From: an uncultured Methanoregulaceae archaeon
Lineage (GTDB): Archaea; Halobacteriota; Methanomicrobia; Methanomicrobiales; Methanospirillaceae
Direction: 5' to 3'
DNA length: 64,000 nt
Assembly: GCA_963841015.1 (NCBI GenBank)
Contig: CAWJAX010000003.1
Coordinates: forward strand, 640,001 to 704,000
The position numbers and the translations under genes are program-made. A model generated the notes under the pieces. That model was not told the origin of the DNA. It saw nothing but the letters and a program-made list of their open reading frames with translations, and searched no databases. Shown here one piece after another: positions 43,535 to 53,998 of this stretch (positions are counted from its first letter, which is position 1; every line of letters starts with the position of its first letter).

Positions 43535-44716
43535 TTAAAAATCCGTCATCACACGGAACTGGTCGATCTCTTCCTTCTCCAGTTTGTCTAAGAACTCGTC
43601 TGCCGAGTGCTTGATGTCCTTGCTTGCAGTGATTGCACGGCCGACAACGAGGATGTCTGCTCCCGCTTTCAATGCATCCTTCACGACATTGACCCGGACT
43701 CCGCCTGCTGTTGCGACAAGGAGTTTTCCGCCTGCCGCTTTCTTGATTGCAGCGATGTCGCCCCAGGCATGTGCGGTGTCTTCGGTGTCGATGGCACGGT
43801 GGAGTTCCACGATGTCCGGCTTGTTTTTCAGTTTCTCGATGACTTTTGCCGGGTTCTGGACATTGAGCATGTCGACTACTGAGTAGATGCCAACCTTTCG
43901 GGCTTCCGCAATGGCTTTTTCCATGGTCGAGATCGGGGCAAGTCCCGATACGACGACCGCGTCAGCAGATGCATCGGCTGCCATCCTTGCTTCGAGATTG
44001 CCGGTGTCCAGGATCTTCATGTCCGCGATGATGAACGCATTCGGCCGTAGCTTCCGCAGCTCAGTGATGACCCCGAGACCGAACTTCTTGATCAGGGGTG
44101 TGCCGGCCTCGATGATGAGGTGGTCGTTTTCCGGGAGTTCCTTCAACACCTTTGCCACTTTGCCCATATCGACAAGGTCAAGGGCCACCTGCAGGTAGGG
44201 GGGATCCCAGAGCCGGGTGACCTTGAATCCCATGATTGCGTGGGCAGCCCGGTCTTTTTCATAGACAAGCGTCTTTGCGTCGGGGAACTTGTCGAGTGCC
44301 CGGTGAATCGCAAGCTTGGTTGCACCGTAGTTGTACCGATAAATCTTGTTGTAGTCCAGTGCATCCGGGTGAACAAAGGCAGATGCCAGGATCACGACGT
44401 TTTCAATGTCCACATCGGTAAAAACACCTTCTTCCACGCAGTCCGCGACCGCTTTTGCAACGGCTGCCTGGACCGGACCAAACATCTCGTTGACTTGTGT
44501 CATCGTCTTTAACGTGACCTTAGGGATAACGAGGGTAACGGGTTTTGTGAGCAGGTTCGGGCGGACGACCGCGAGGAGCGGCGTATGCCCGGCAGACAAC
44601 TGGGATACCGCATGTGCAAATGCAGTCCCGATGGGACCTTCTTTGTCCCCCATTAAAAGGTCAATGTGTGCAACTTCTGCACCATCGCCTATGAGTGCTT
44701 CTCCGACAAGATACAT
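43535..44716 (-). CDS. fae-hps: Bifunctional formaldehyde-activating enzyme / 3-hexulose-6-phosphate synthase
   Basis: GEALIGDGAEVAHIDL, GHTPLLAV, FGPVQAAVAKAV, YNYGATK; then LQVALD, EAGTPLIK, ADMKILDTG. Confidence 0.96.
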   Translation of the reverse strand: MYLVGEALIGDGAEVAHIDLLMGDKEGPIGTAFAHAVSQLSAGHTPLLAVVRPNLLTKPVTLVIPKVTLKTMTQVNEMFGPVQAAVAKAVADCVEEGVFTDVDIENVVILASAFVHPDALDYNKIYRYNYGATKLAIHRALDKFPDAKTLVYEKDRAAHAIMGFKVTRLWDPPYLQVALDLVDMGKVAKVLKELPENDHLIIEAGTPLIKKFGLGVITELRKLRPNAFIIADMKILDTGNLEARMAADASADAVVVSGLAPISTMEKAIAEARKVGIYSVVDMLNVQNPAKVIEKLKNKPDIVELHRAIDTEDTAHAWGDIAAIKKAAGGKLLVATAGGVRVNVVKDALKAGADILVVGRAITASKDIKHSADEFLDKLEKEEIDQFRVMTDF

Positions 44717-44972
44717 GGAACTCTCCGTTCGTTGTTATAATGTGTCTGTAAGCTATGATAAATTTATCAAACGAAAGTTTCGCACACTACCAATAACTCA
44801 TGAAGAAAACCTGCAGGGACTTATAAAAAAACAATGCATCCCTCTGAATAGGATTCTCCCCTGCCAGGGGAATTTTATGAACACCAGGGAGGAATTTTCT
44901 CCGGTAAGTTTTTCGATAGAGTATTTGGTGCGATAAATCATCGATTCCAAGAATCAGAATAGAGAGAAAATG

Positions 44973-45194
44973 TGGGGTTGGTGAGATTTGAACTCACGAT
45001 CGACGGGTCTCTCCGACATGCATCAGTGCTCCAACGGGTCATCATCAAACATCAGAACTTCAATGAGTTATCGATGTCCTCTCTGACTGAAGTCAGAAAG
45101 ATTAATTCAGCAGACCCATTGTTCATCATCTGCGAGCACAAAGAACGCAAAGACCGCTGGAGCCCGTCGCCATTCCGGGCTAGGCCACAACCCC
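44973..45194 (-). tRNA. tRNA-Trp(CCA) with a 148-nt intron at position 37/38 (exons 45194-45157 and 45008-44973)
   Basis: Acceptor stem GGGGTTG/CAACCCC-A, anticodon arm ACGGG-CT-CCA-G...A-CCCGT, T-arm GTGAG-TTCAAAT-CTCAC, bulge-helix-bulge core CTCC/GGAG. Confidence 0.95.
45009..45156 (-). ncRNA. Intronic box C/D guide RNA directing 2'-O-methylation of C34 and C39 of tRNA-Trp
   Basis: C box ATGATGA (45129-45123), D' CTGA (45110-45107), C' ATGATGA (45045-45039), D CTGA (45026-45023). Guides GGGTCT and TGGAGC place the +5 base opposite C39 and C34, as in the known euryarchaeal pre-tRNA-Trp system. Confidence 0.9.
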
Positions 45195-45469
45195 TTGGTC
45201 ACGCGGGGACTTAGATTTGCCCTGAGCTGACTATACAGAATCGCGCTAAATAAATTTAATAGTTTTCCTTTTTGCAGTCTTTGGCGGAAAAGCAATGCGA
45301 TAAAAAAAACCGAAATTTTTCTGATGGCAGATTCTTTATGATTTATACATTATATGGTGGAGAGGACCCGAAAATTTTAGATCTGTGTATTAAAAAAATC
45401 CGAGGTTTGAGAAGAGGATAAACATCATATCATTAATCATATATTCTGTTCTCACTCCATATTTTAGGG

Positions 45470-47170
45470 ATGGTTGAGGGCAGCTATGCGAGCGGGACAT
45501 CGACAGTTCCCCTCCTGGGGATGTCGATCGGGGAGATGTTGAACAGCATTGTAGCGAAATATCCGGACAATGAGGCAATTATCTCGGTTCACCAGAATAT
45601 TCGATGGACATATCGCGAATTTCTTGAGCGTGTGGATGAGGTAGCCCGCGGGCTGATGGGCCTTGGGGTCGAGAAAGGTTTTCGTGTTGGTATCTGGGCC
45701 ATGAACCATGCAGAATGGGTTGTTGTCCAGTTCGCGACTGCGAAGATCGGTGCTATAATGGTGAACATCAACCCTGCTTACCGCACCTATGAACTGGAGT
45801 ATGCGCTCAAACAGTCAGAGATTCAGACACTTATTATTCAGGGACGGTTCAAAACCTCTGATTACGTGGGGATGTTCTACGAAGCATGCCCTGAAGCGTA
45901 TGAAGCGAAGCCCGGAAGAATCTCATCGGATAAGTTCCCGTTCCTGAAAAATGCAATCTTCATGGGTGATATCCCCTACGGGGGTATGTTTACCTGGAAT
46001 GAACTCCTGAAAAAAGCAGAAGAAATTACCAATGACGAGCTGATTAACCGGGGCGAAATGCTCACATTTGACGATGCAATCAATATCCAGTATACCAGCG
46101 GTACGACCGGATTCCCCAAAGGCGTTGTGCTTACCCACCATGGGGTCCTCAACAATGGTTATATCATTGGGGAAGGGATGGGATTTTCAGATAAAGACCG
46201 GCTCTGCATTCCTGTGCCTTTCTACCATTGCTTCGGTATGGTGCTCTCCAACCTCGCCTGCGTGACCCATGGTTCAACAATGGTGCTGCCTGCTCCCACA
46301 TTCGATGCCGAGGAGGTCTTAAAAACCGTTGAGAAAGAGCGGTGCACAGCTCTTCATGGTGTACCAACCATGTTTATCGCTGAACTGACACACCCGAATT
46401 TCGAAAAATACAACCTGAAGTCTCTGCGAACCGGCATCATGGCAGGGTCACCTTGCCCGATTGAGGTAATGAAACAGGTCAATACAAAGATGCACATGAG
46501 CGAGATTGTTATCGTGTACGGGCAAACCGAAACCTCACCGGGGGTTACGATGACAACAACCAAAGATCCGGTTGAGCGACGGGTCTCGACAGTCGGGCGT
46601 GCCTTCCCGCATACCGAGCTCAAGATTGTGGATGCCAAGACAGGAAAGATAGTTCCCATTGGAGAGATTGGTGAGATCTGCGCACGTGGATACTGTGTTA
46701 TGAAATGTTACTACAATAACCCGTCTGCAACCCACGCAACACTTGACTCAAATCACTGGAACCACACCGGAGATCTTGGGACAATGGATGATGCAGGTTA
46801 CTTCAGAATCGTGGGTCGCCTCAAGGACATGGTAATCCGTGGTGGCGAGAACATCTACCCGCGTGAGATCGAGGAGTTCCTGCATCACCACGAAAAGATT
46901 GCCGATGTTTATGTCGTAGGAGTCCCGGATAAAAAATATGGAGAGGAACTGTGCGCATGGGTGAAAGTAAAGGAGGGACATATGCTGTCCGAACAGGAGG
47001 TGAAGGATTTCTGTAAAGGCAAAATTGCTCATTTCAAGACCCCCAGATACGTGATGTTTGTCAACGAGTTCCCGATGGGCGTGACCGGCAAGATACAAAA
47101 ATTCAGGATGCGGGAAGACTCTATCAGGATACTCGGGCTTGAAGCGGCAGAGAAGATTGAGACTGCGTAA
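45470..47170 (+). CDS. AMP-dependent acyl-CoA synthetase (ACSF2/YngI-like)
   Basis: [51 protein letters not shown]. Confidence 0.93.
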   Translation: MVEGSYASGTSTVPLLGMSIGEMLNSIVAKYPDNEAIISVHQNIRWTYREFLERVDEVARGLMGLGVEKGFRVGIWAMNHAEWVVVQFATAKIGAIMVNINPAYRTYELEYALKQSEIQTLIIQGRFKTSDYVGMFYEACPEAYEAKPGRISSDKFPFLKNAIFMGDIPYGGMFTWNELLKKAEEITNDELINRGEMLTFDDAINIQYTSGTTGFPKGVVLTHHGVLNNGYIIGEGMGFSDKDRLCIPVPFYHCFGMVLSNLACVTHGSTMVLPAPTFDAEEVLKTVEKERCTALHGVPTMFIAELTHPNFEKYNLKSLRTGIMAGSPCPIEVMKQVNTKMHMSEIVIVYGQTETSPGVTMTTTKDPVERRVSTVGRAFPHTELKIVDAKTGKIVPIGEIGEICARGYCVMKCYYNNPSATHATLDSNHWNHTGDLGTMDDAGYFRIVGRLKDMVIRGGENIYPREIEEFLHHHEKIADVYVVGVPDKKYGEELCAWVKVKEGHMLSEQEVKDFCKGKIAHFKTPRYVMFVNEFPMGVTGKIQKFRMREDSIRILGLEAAEKIETA

Positions 47171-47546
47171 GACCCTCCCGATGAAAAAATAACAAGGGTA
47201 TGAAGCAGGTACTCTATGCTCCACAAGGGAATCGTACTGATTATTTGCGAATGCCATTAGCTTGAATCCCCCAACAATATGTGCTGCAGATTTCCTGCTG
47301 GCATGACGGTTGTTTCAAAAAAAATCTGTCTGCTTCTCGATTATTATTGCAGAAATGAGGGGGAAAATATGTCTGATCCTGGATTACCGGAACTTATGCC
47401 GATCAGGTAATTCTCCTTTCCCAAATAAAATGAAAAAACAAGAAATTTTATATGCCGGATAGCGTAACACTACTATGAAAATTAAATTGAGTTAACTAAA
47501 GTAATTTTTATTTCGAAGATCCGATCGGATTTCAACGGGTGATAGC

Positions 47547-48239
47547 ATGCACATTATGGAAGGATTTCTCCCCCTGCAGTGGTGTATTGTGTGGTGGATT
47601 ATCGCACTGCCCTGCTTACTACTCGGTATATACCAGCTGAAAAAAGTGGTGGATCTTGATCGGGAAGCCCTTCCCCTTCTGGGAGTGACAGGGGGATTTA
47701 TTTTCATTCTTTCATCCTTAAAACTCCCTTCAGTCACCGGCAGTTGTTCCCATCCTACCGGTACCGGGCTCTCAACAATATCCTTTGGGCCATGGATCAC
47801 CGCAGTAGTCTGTGCGATTGTTCTCGTGTTCCAGAGCCTCTTCCTTGCCCATGGGGGACTTTCCGTTCTCGGAGCCAATATCGTCTCCATGGGTATTGTC
47901 GGACCCCTGGTAGGGTATGGGGTATACCGGTTACTCCGCAACACTTCCATAAATATCTACATAACGGTATTCCTGGTATGTGCTCTCGCGGATTTGTTCA
48001 CCTATGTGATGACGTCGCTTGAACTGGCGCTCGCATACCCGGCTGAGACCGGCGGTGTTGTCAGTTCATTCATCCTGTTCATGGGTATTTTTGCCATTAC
48101 GCAGATTCCTCTTGCCATTGTTGAGGGTGTTGTCCTTGCACTGGTGTTCAAATATATCGTGGCACTCAAACCGGATATCCTGATCCGGCTGAAAATATTC
48201 TCGGAGAAACAGATCAATGCGGCACGGAGTGAGATCTGA
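47547..48239 (+). CDS. cbiM: Cobalt ECF transporter S component
   Basis: N-terminal MHIMEGFLP, GSCSHPTG, AHGGLSVLGAN. Confidence 0.96.
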   Translation: MHIMEGFLPLQWCIVWWIIALPCLLLGIYQLKKVVDLDREALPLLGVTGGFIFILSSLKLPSVTGSCSHPTGTGLSTISFGPWITAVVCAIVLVFQSLFLAHGGLSVLGANIVSMGIVGPLVGYGVYRLLRNTSINIYITVFLVCALADLFTYVMTSLELALAYPAETGGVVSSFILFMGIFAITQIPLAIVEGVVLALVFKYIVALKPDILIRLKIFSEKQINAARSEI

Positions 48240-48541
48240 TGGCATTCAGGCATACGCTCGAAATCCTGGCCGTAATCGCAATTATAGCATTTTGCGCAGT
48301 GTTCCTCTACACGAGTGCAACAATGAGCGGAGCGGAATTTGCCGGCTCTGATAATGTAGGTTCAGGTCTGATCGCCGAACTTTCCGGCATACCTTTGGAT
48401 AATTTCCAACCGTTAATTCCCCAGTGGGAGCCTCCAAGCGGGGAGATTGAGTCGGCCCTGTTTGCCCTGCAGGCTGCCGTGGGAGGGATTCTGGTCGGGG
48501 GCGTATTTGGTTTCTGGATTGGGCAGAAGAAGAAAGCATAA
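48239..48541 (+). CDS. cbiN: Cobalt transport protein CbiN
   Basis: FAGSD, WEPPSGEIESALFALQAAVG. Confidence 0.94.
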   Translation: MAFRHTLEILAVIAIIAFCAVFLYTSATMSGAEFAGSDNVGSGLIAELSGIPLDNFQPLIPQWEPPSGEIESALFALQAAVGGILVGGVFGFWIGQKKKA

Positions 48542-48568
48542 TCGATACAAAGAGAGAAAGGTACTTGA

Positions 48569-49358
48569 ATGTTTGAGGAACTTCTGGAAGATATTGCCCA
48601 GAAGAACGGACTCCGTGAAGTCAACACGTATCTTAAGCTAACCGTGGGTCTCGGAGCTATCCTCCTCTGTCTCCTTTCAACGAGTTACATTCCACCTCTC
48701 TTTATTGCTCTTCTCCTCACAGGAGCGATTCTCATCCTTGCCCGGGTGGATGCGAAAACCTATGCAGAACTGTTCGTTGTCCCCCTCTGGTTTGCCATCA
48801 TGAGTGTTGCCGGAATCATCCTTATCTCAGGAGGACAGGATGTTTTCTGGAGCTGGGATCTCCTGCCATCCTTCTCGTTGTCCATAACCCGGGAGAGTAT
48901 AAACCAGGGGATGTTGGTCTTCTGCCGGGTTATTGGCGGGATGTCAGCGATGATATTTATAGCCCTGACAGCGCCTATGACCGATATTTTCATTGTTTTT
49001 CGCCAGTGCAGGCTTCCGGAAGTTGTTATTGACCTGATGATGATCATCTATCGGTACTATTTTCATCCTGATGGACCAGGTCATCCAGATATACCATGCA
49101 CAGCTCATGCGCCTTGGATATTCCACGTGGCGCGAATCCATCCATTCCTTTGCGTCAATGAGCGGAGCTGCATTCATTGCCAGCTGGGATGCAGGAGAAG
49201 ATCTGATCCGGGCTATGGACGCACGCTGTTATGACGGGAAATTCGCTCTGCTGGGGGAGAGCCGGCCTGTTGAGTGGATTCCCGGTCTTACTGTCGTGGT
49301 CTTTCTCCTGCTTTCAACGGCAGTAGTGATTGCATCAGGGACTATTACCATAATTTAG
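48569..49358 (+). CDS. cbiQ: Cobalt ECF transporter T component, split by a one-base insertion near 49054
   Basis: LPEVVIDLMMIIYR, then after removing one base TIFILMDQ...AQLMRLGY...AMDARCYDG. Confidence 0.9.
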
Positions 49359-49368
49359 GTTGTGAGTC

Positions 49369-50571
49369 ATGAGCAGTATCATACTTGAAGCGCGGGATGT
49401 CCGATATCGCTATCCGCGGGGACTTGAAGCTATCAGCGGGATCAGTTTTCATATCCGCCGGAAAGAGAAGATCGCTCTCGTGGGTCCTAACGGGGCTGGC
49501 AAATCCACCCTCCTGAAGATGTTCAACGGAATGATACGTCCCGACTCTGGTCTTATGCTCTTTGACAACCAGCCAGTCGGGTATGATAAGGTATCGTTAT
49601 GGACATTACGTAAACGCGTGGGTTTTGTCCTCCAGAATCCTGACCGCCAGATAATTGCACCAACGGTATACCAGGATGTGGCATTCGGTCCAACCAATCT
49701 CGGCTATACTGATGATGATGTAAAAAGAGTCGTAACTATGGCGCTTCGGCATGTGGGGCTGGAAGGTTTTGAACGCCGACCACCTCATCATCTTTCCGGC
49801 GGCGAGAAGAAACGTGTGGCAATTGCAGGCGTGCTGGCAATGGATCCGGATGTGCTCGTCCTTGATGAACCAACCAGTGGTCTCGATCCATCAGGATCAG
49901 AAGATATTATGGAACTTCTTGATGAACTGAATCATGAAGGCAAGACAATAATCATCTCCACTCACGATGTAGAACTGGCATACCCGTGGGCTGATCGTGC
50001 CATCCTGATGCTCAAAGGAAAAATACTCCAGGAAGATATTCCCGAAGTTGCATTTGGCAATCCTGAATATATTCGAAGAGCACACCTGTCCCTGCCAACC
50101 CTCATTGAATTGCATCTGGAATTACAGAAAAGGGGATTTTTTCCGGAGGGGAAAAAACCCAGGACGGTTCTTGATATGATGCAGTGTTTTGAGACCATAA
50201 TCAAAAAGACCTGCTTTCATGCTCACCCGGGAACGATAACGATATGCAATGTTGACCGGGACAGTCCAGAATTATTACGTGTATGGCATTCCACACACAC
50301 CTCCATTTCAACAGGAGCGATGGGCACCCGGGCAAAGCAGCGTGCCGAAAATGAACATATCAACCTGGATTTCACGTATGGCGTCATCGACAAATGTATT
50401 CTTAAGGCCCTGCTGGGCGAGGATTCCCTGATCCTGACAACGGAAAGCATGATTAACCGCGTATATCAGCGGGTTGATTCCTATGGCCGGGAAAGTGGCA
50501 TATCTATTCAGGTCAACCAGCTTGATGGGGGAGCCCGGCCTTACAAGGAAGATATCGGGAGTGTGAAATGA
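49369..50571 (+). CDS. cbiO: Cobalt ECF transporter ATPase with C-terminal extension
   Basis: GPNGAGKST, QNPDRQ, LSGGEKKR, LDEPT, THD; about 130 extra C-terminal residues. Confidence 0.93.
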   Translation: MSSIILEARDVRYRYPRGLEAISGISFHIRRKEKIALVGPNGAGKSTLLKMFNGMIRPDSGLMLFDNQPVGYDKVSLWTLRKRVGFVLQNPDRQIIAPTVYQDVAFGPTNLGYTDDDVKRVVTMALRHVGLEGFERRPPHHLSGGEKKRVAIAGVLAMDPDVLVLDEPTSGLDPSGSEDIMELLDELNHEGKTIIISTHDVELAYPWADRAILMLKGKILQEDIPEVAFGNPEYIRRAHLSLPTLIELHLELQKRGFFPEGKKPRTVLDMMQCFETIIKKTCFHAHPGTITICNVDRDSPELLRVWHSTHTSISTGAMGTRAKQRAENEHINLDFTYGVIDKCILKALLGEDSLILTTESMINRVYQRVDSYGRESGISIQVNQLDGGARPYKEDIGSVK

Positions 50572-51905
50572 GCGGTATTCCCCGCATTGTTATTGCCGGT
50601 ACGCACAGCGGGTGCGGGAAGACAACTGTTGCAAGCGGTATCATGTCTGCACTCACAGCACGGGGGCTGAACGTTCAGCCTTTCAAAGTAGGACCGGACT
50701 TCATCGATCCTTCTCATCATACCCGGATCTGCGGACGCCCTTCACGGAACCTTGATCCTTTCATGATGGGAGAACAGGGCTGCATCGACACATTTCTCAG
50801 GGCGACAAAAGGGGCTGATATCGCAGTAATCGAAGGAGTCATGGGAATATATGATGGAATTGACGGGACGGATTTTTCGAGTACTGCCCATGTTGCACGC
50901 ATCCTGAAAGCCCCTGTCATCCTTGTCGTTGATATTAAAGGAATGTCCAGAAGTGTTCTGGCTCTGATCCGGGGATACCGGGACTTTGATACGACCATTT
51001 CAATAAAAGGAGTTATTCTGAATCGCGTGGGAAGTCAGCGACACCGCGATATGATTGAGGGGTCTGTTTCGTTACCGGTGTTTGGCTGGATTCCAAAACG
51101 CGAAGATATCGCGATTGATAGTCGCCATCTTGGGCTTAAGATGGCATATGAAAACGGATCGATGACAGAATTTGGACCAGTAATCGAAGAATTCTGCGAT
51201 CTGGATGCTCTTTTTGTATGTGCAGAGAACGCAACAAAAGTGATCTCGCACAAAAAGGCTTCACGGTCGGGATCAGGGGAAAAAAAGCATGCATCTATAG
51301 GAGTTGCATGGGATAATGCATTCTGTTTTTACTATCAGGATAACCTCGATCGTCTGCGTGACAACGGTGCTGAGATTGTCTTTTTCAGCCCCCTGACTGA
51401 TCCACTACCGGAGGTTGATGCTCTCTATTTTGGAGGGGGATATCCGGAATTGCATCTTTCTGCACTGGAATCTTCACAAAGTACAAAAAAATTGAAATCT
51501 ATAGTTGATGCTGGTATTCCCCTCTATGCCGAATGTGGGGGACTCCTGTATCTGACTCGTGAAATTATCGCTGATCGGACATACCGGTTATGCGAGGTAC
51601 TCCCGGCCGATGCAGAAATGACGTCCCGGGTTCAGGCACTTGGCTATGTAAAAGGAGAAAGTATTGCAAATACCTCGTTCCTTCCACCGTTGCAGTGTAT
51701 AACCGGGCACGAATTTCATTACTCCCGGGTGCTCCCGCATCACGATGCACAATTTGCACTCAGATTAACCCGGGGAAAAGGTATTGAGGCGGGAAAGGAT
51801 GGCCTTATATCAGGAAATGCACTTGGGACCTATACCCACGCTTATTTTTCTGATGCATTTACCCGGCAGTTTATTGCTGCTGCGAATCATTTTTCAAAAC
51901 AATAG
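50568..51905 (+). CDS. cbiA: Cobyrinate a,c-diamide synthase (CbiA/CobB family; the F430 paralog CfbB is not excluded)
   Basis: GTHSGCGKTT, FKVGPDFIDP, IEGVMG, RHLGL, GGGYPE, AECGG, GHEFHYS. Confidence 0.88.
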   Translation: MSGIPRIVIAGTHSGCGKTTVASGIMSALTARGLNVQPFKVGPDFIDPSHHTRICGRPSRNLDPFMMGEQGCIDTFLRATKGADIAVIEGVMGIYDGIDGTDFSSTAHVARILKAPVILVVDIKGMSRSVLALIRGYRDFDTTISIKGVILNRVGSQRHRDMIEGSVSLPVFGWIPKREDIAIDSRHLGLKMAYENGSMTEFGPVIEEFCDLDALFVCAENATKVISHKKASRSGSGEKKHASIGVAWDNAFCFYYQDNLDRLRDNGAEIVFFSPLTDPLPEVDALYFGGGYPELHLSALESSQSTKKLKSIVDAGIPLYAECGGLLYLTREIIADRTYRLCEVLPADAEMTSRVQALGYVKGESIANTSFLPPLQCITGHEFHYSRVLPHHDAQFALRLTRGKGIEAGKDGLISGNALGTYTHAYFSDAFTRQFIAAANHFSKQ

Positions 51906-52008
51906 ACGGAAATTTTTTTAAACGTTTGTAATCCAGCAAAAGTATTCACACAAGGCATAAAGGTATTGAAAGGCGAATCTATCATCAAGAGAATTCTGGT
52001 GAGAATAG

Positions 52009-53652
52009 ATGCGCAGCGATGAAGTAAAATCCGGGTACCAGAGGGCACCAAACCGGTCGCTCCTGCGTTCACTGGGAGTGACAGACCGGGAGATGGCACT
52101 CCCGTTCATTGGAATTGCCAATGCGTACAACACCATCGTCCCCGGTCATGTCCACCTCAGATGGCTGGCAGAGAAGGTACATGAGGGTATCGCTGCTGCA
52201 GGTGGAGTTCCGTTCGAATTTGGTGTGATTGGGATCTGTGACGGGATTGCTATGGGACATGAGGGGATGAGGTATTCCCTGCCCTCTCGGGAGAACATTG
52301 CTGATTCCATTGAACTCATGGTACAGGCACACCGCTTTGACGGACTGGTCTGTATTGGCACCTGTGATAAGATCGTGCCGGGAATGCTAATGGCAGCTGC
52401 ACGCTGCAATATTCCTTCGATTATCCTTACCGGGGGTCCGATGCTCTCAGGGTATCAGGACGGAAAAGACCTTTCACTGATTGATATCTTTGAGGGAGTC
52501 GGGAAAGTTGCGGCAGGTTCAATGAGCGAGACCGAACTCTGCGAACTGGAGTGTTGTGCAATGCCGGGCTGTGGGAGCTGTCAGGGGCTGTATACGGCAA
52601 ACACCATGGCATGTATGACAGAAGCCATGGGTATGTCACTTCCCGGTTGCGCCGCAATTCCCGCTGTGGACGCAGGAAAACTGCGTATTGCCCGGGAGAC
52701 CGGGGAAGCTATCATACCCCTTGTTAAAAAACAGATCAAACCGCGTGATATTATTTCAAAAAAGAGCCTCCATAACGCAATCCGGGTTGATATGGCACTT
52801 GGAGGATCGACCAATACAGTGTTGCACCTGATGGCAATTGCCTCTGAGGCAGAAGTCCCGTTATCTCTTCAGGATTTCAATTCCCTTGCTGAGGAAGTTC
52901 CCCATATTTGTCACATGCAACCCTCAGGTCCGCACTCCATGCAGACACTCTACCGGGCTGGAGGTATTCCGGCAGTCCTCAAACGATTGGAAAAGTATCT
53001 TGATGACTCCCCTACCGTTTCAGGTAAAAAAATTCTGCAGATAGCCAAAACTGCAAAAGTAAAAAATGAGGCCATAATCAGGTCCACAAAGAATCCGATA
53101 AGTCCTGCAGGGGGATTAAAGATCCTTTTTGGCTCTCTTGCACCAGATGGTGCTGTCGTAAAATGTGCTGCAGTACCAAAAGATATGTGGAAACATACGG
53201 GACCGGCAAGGGTCTTTGATGGTGAACAGCTGGCGATGAAAGCAATTCTTGCCCGCGAGATTAATGAGGGGGATGTGATTATCATACGTTATGAAGGGCC
53301 TCGAGGCGCGCCGGGTATGCCTGAAATGCTCTCCCCCACATCTGCACTTATGGGATTAGGCTACACCAGCGTTGTTCTGATCACCGATGGCAGGTTCTCA
53401 GGGGGAACCCGGGGGCCATGCATCGGGCATGTCGCCCCTGAGGCAGCGATTGGGGGTCCTATAGCACTCGTTTGCGAAAAAGACCTGATCGAAATCGATC
53501 TCTTCAGGAAAAAAATTGATATCTCAGTCGATGCAAAAACGCTGGAGCAGCGTAAGAAAACATGGAAACCCCCTATAAAACCACTTTACGGTGTGCTGGC
53601 ACGGTATGCCAGAACCGTAGAGCAGGCAAATCTTGGGGCTGTGCAAAAATAA
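52009..53652 (+). CDS. ilvD: Dihydroxy-acid dehydratase
   Basis: [53 protein letters not shown]. Confidence 0.97.
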   Translation: MRSDEVKSGYQRAPNRSLLRSLGVTDREMALPFIGIANAYNTIVPGHVHLRWLAEKVHEGIAAAGGVPFEFGVIGICDGIAMGHEGMRYSLPSRENIADSIELMVQAHRFDGLVCIGTCDKIVPGMLMAAARCNIPSIILTGGPMLSGYQDGKDLSLIDIFEGVGKVAAGSMSETELCELECCAMPGCGSCQGLYTANTMACMTEAMGMSLPGCAAIPAVDAGKLRIARETGEAIIPLVKKQIKPRDIISKKSLHNAIRVDMALGGSTNTVLHLMAIASEAEVPLSLQDFNSLAEEVPHICHMQPSGPHSMQTLYRAGGIPAVLKRLEKYLDDSPTVSGKKILQIAKTAKVKNEAIIRSTKNPISPAGGLKILFGSLAPDGAVVKCAAVPKDMWKHTGPARVFDGEQLAMKAILAREINEGDVIIIRYEGPRGAPGMPEMLSPTSALMGLGYTSVVLITDGRFSGGTRGPCIGHVAPEAAIGGPIALVCEKDLIEIDLFRKKIDISVDAKTLEQRKKTWKPPIKPLYGVLARYARTVEQANLGAVQK

Positions 53653-53998
53653 GTAAATTCAATTTTTGGCTCGGGAGAAAAGCTCAATATCAAGCTGAAC
53701 ATTCAACAGGGATTTCACCCCCGGCACATCCGCTTCCCCCAAAATTCAATAATCCCTCAAACAGGTTATACGTCGTTATCACAAAGTGCAGGAGGGTATG
53801 GGGGGACAGGCGCGGTCCCCTCCGTCTTCTTGCTCGTGCTTCGTATTTTATGTCAAATTAAAGGAATCCTATAAAACCCAATTTTTTAAAAAATTGTCAT
53901 ATTCATGTATCAGGGATATTTTTATTCCCGGGCCAACCATCGATACCGTCATCATGGCGTGGGAGACATCCCGTATCGGGAAAAAGACACTGGTATCC

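Noticed and set aside
44972-45295. Short ORFs overlapping the tRNA-Trp locus (also 60706-60924 over tRNA-Tyr/Asp)
   Set aside because: Fully explained by the tRNA genes on the minus strand.
47171-47546. Possible cobalamin riboswitch or NikR operator upstream of cbiM
   Set aside because: No B12-box or conserved riboswitch core was recognised; only weak TACT...AGTA symmetry in AT-rich DNA.
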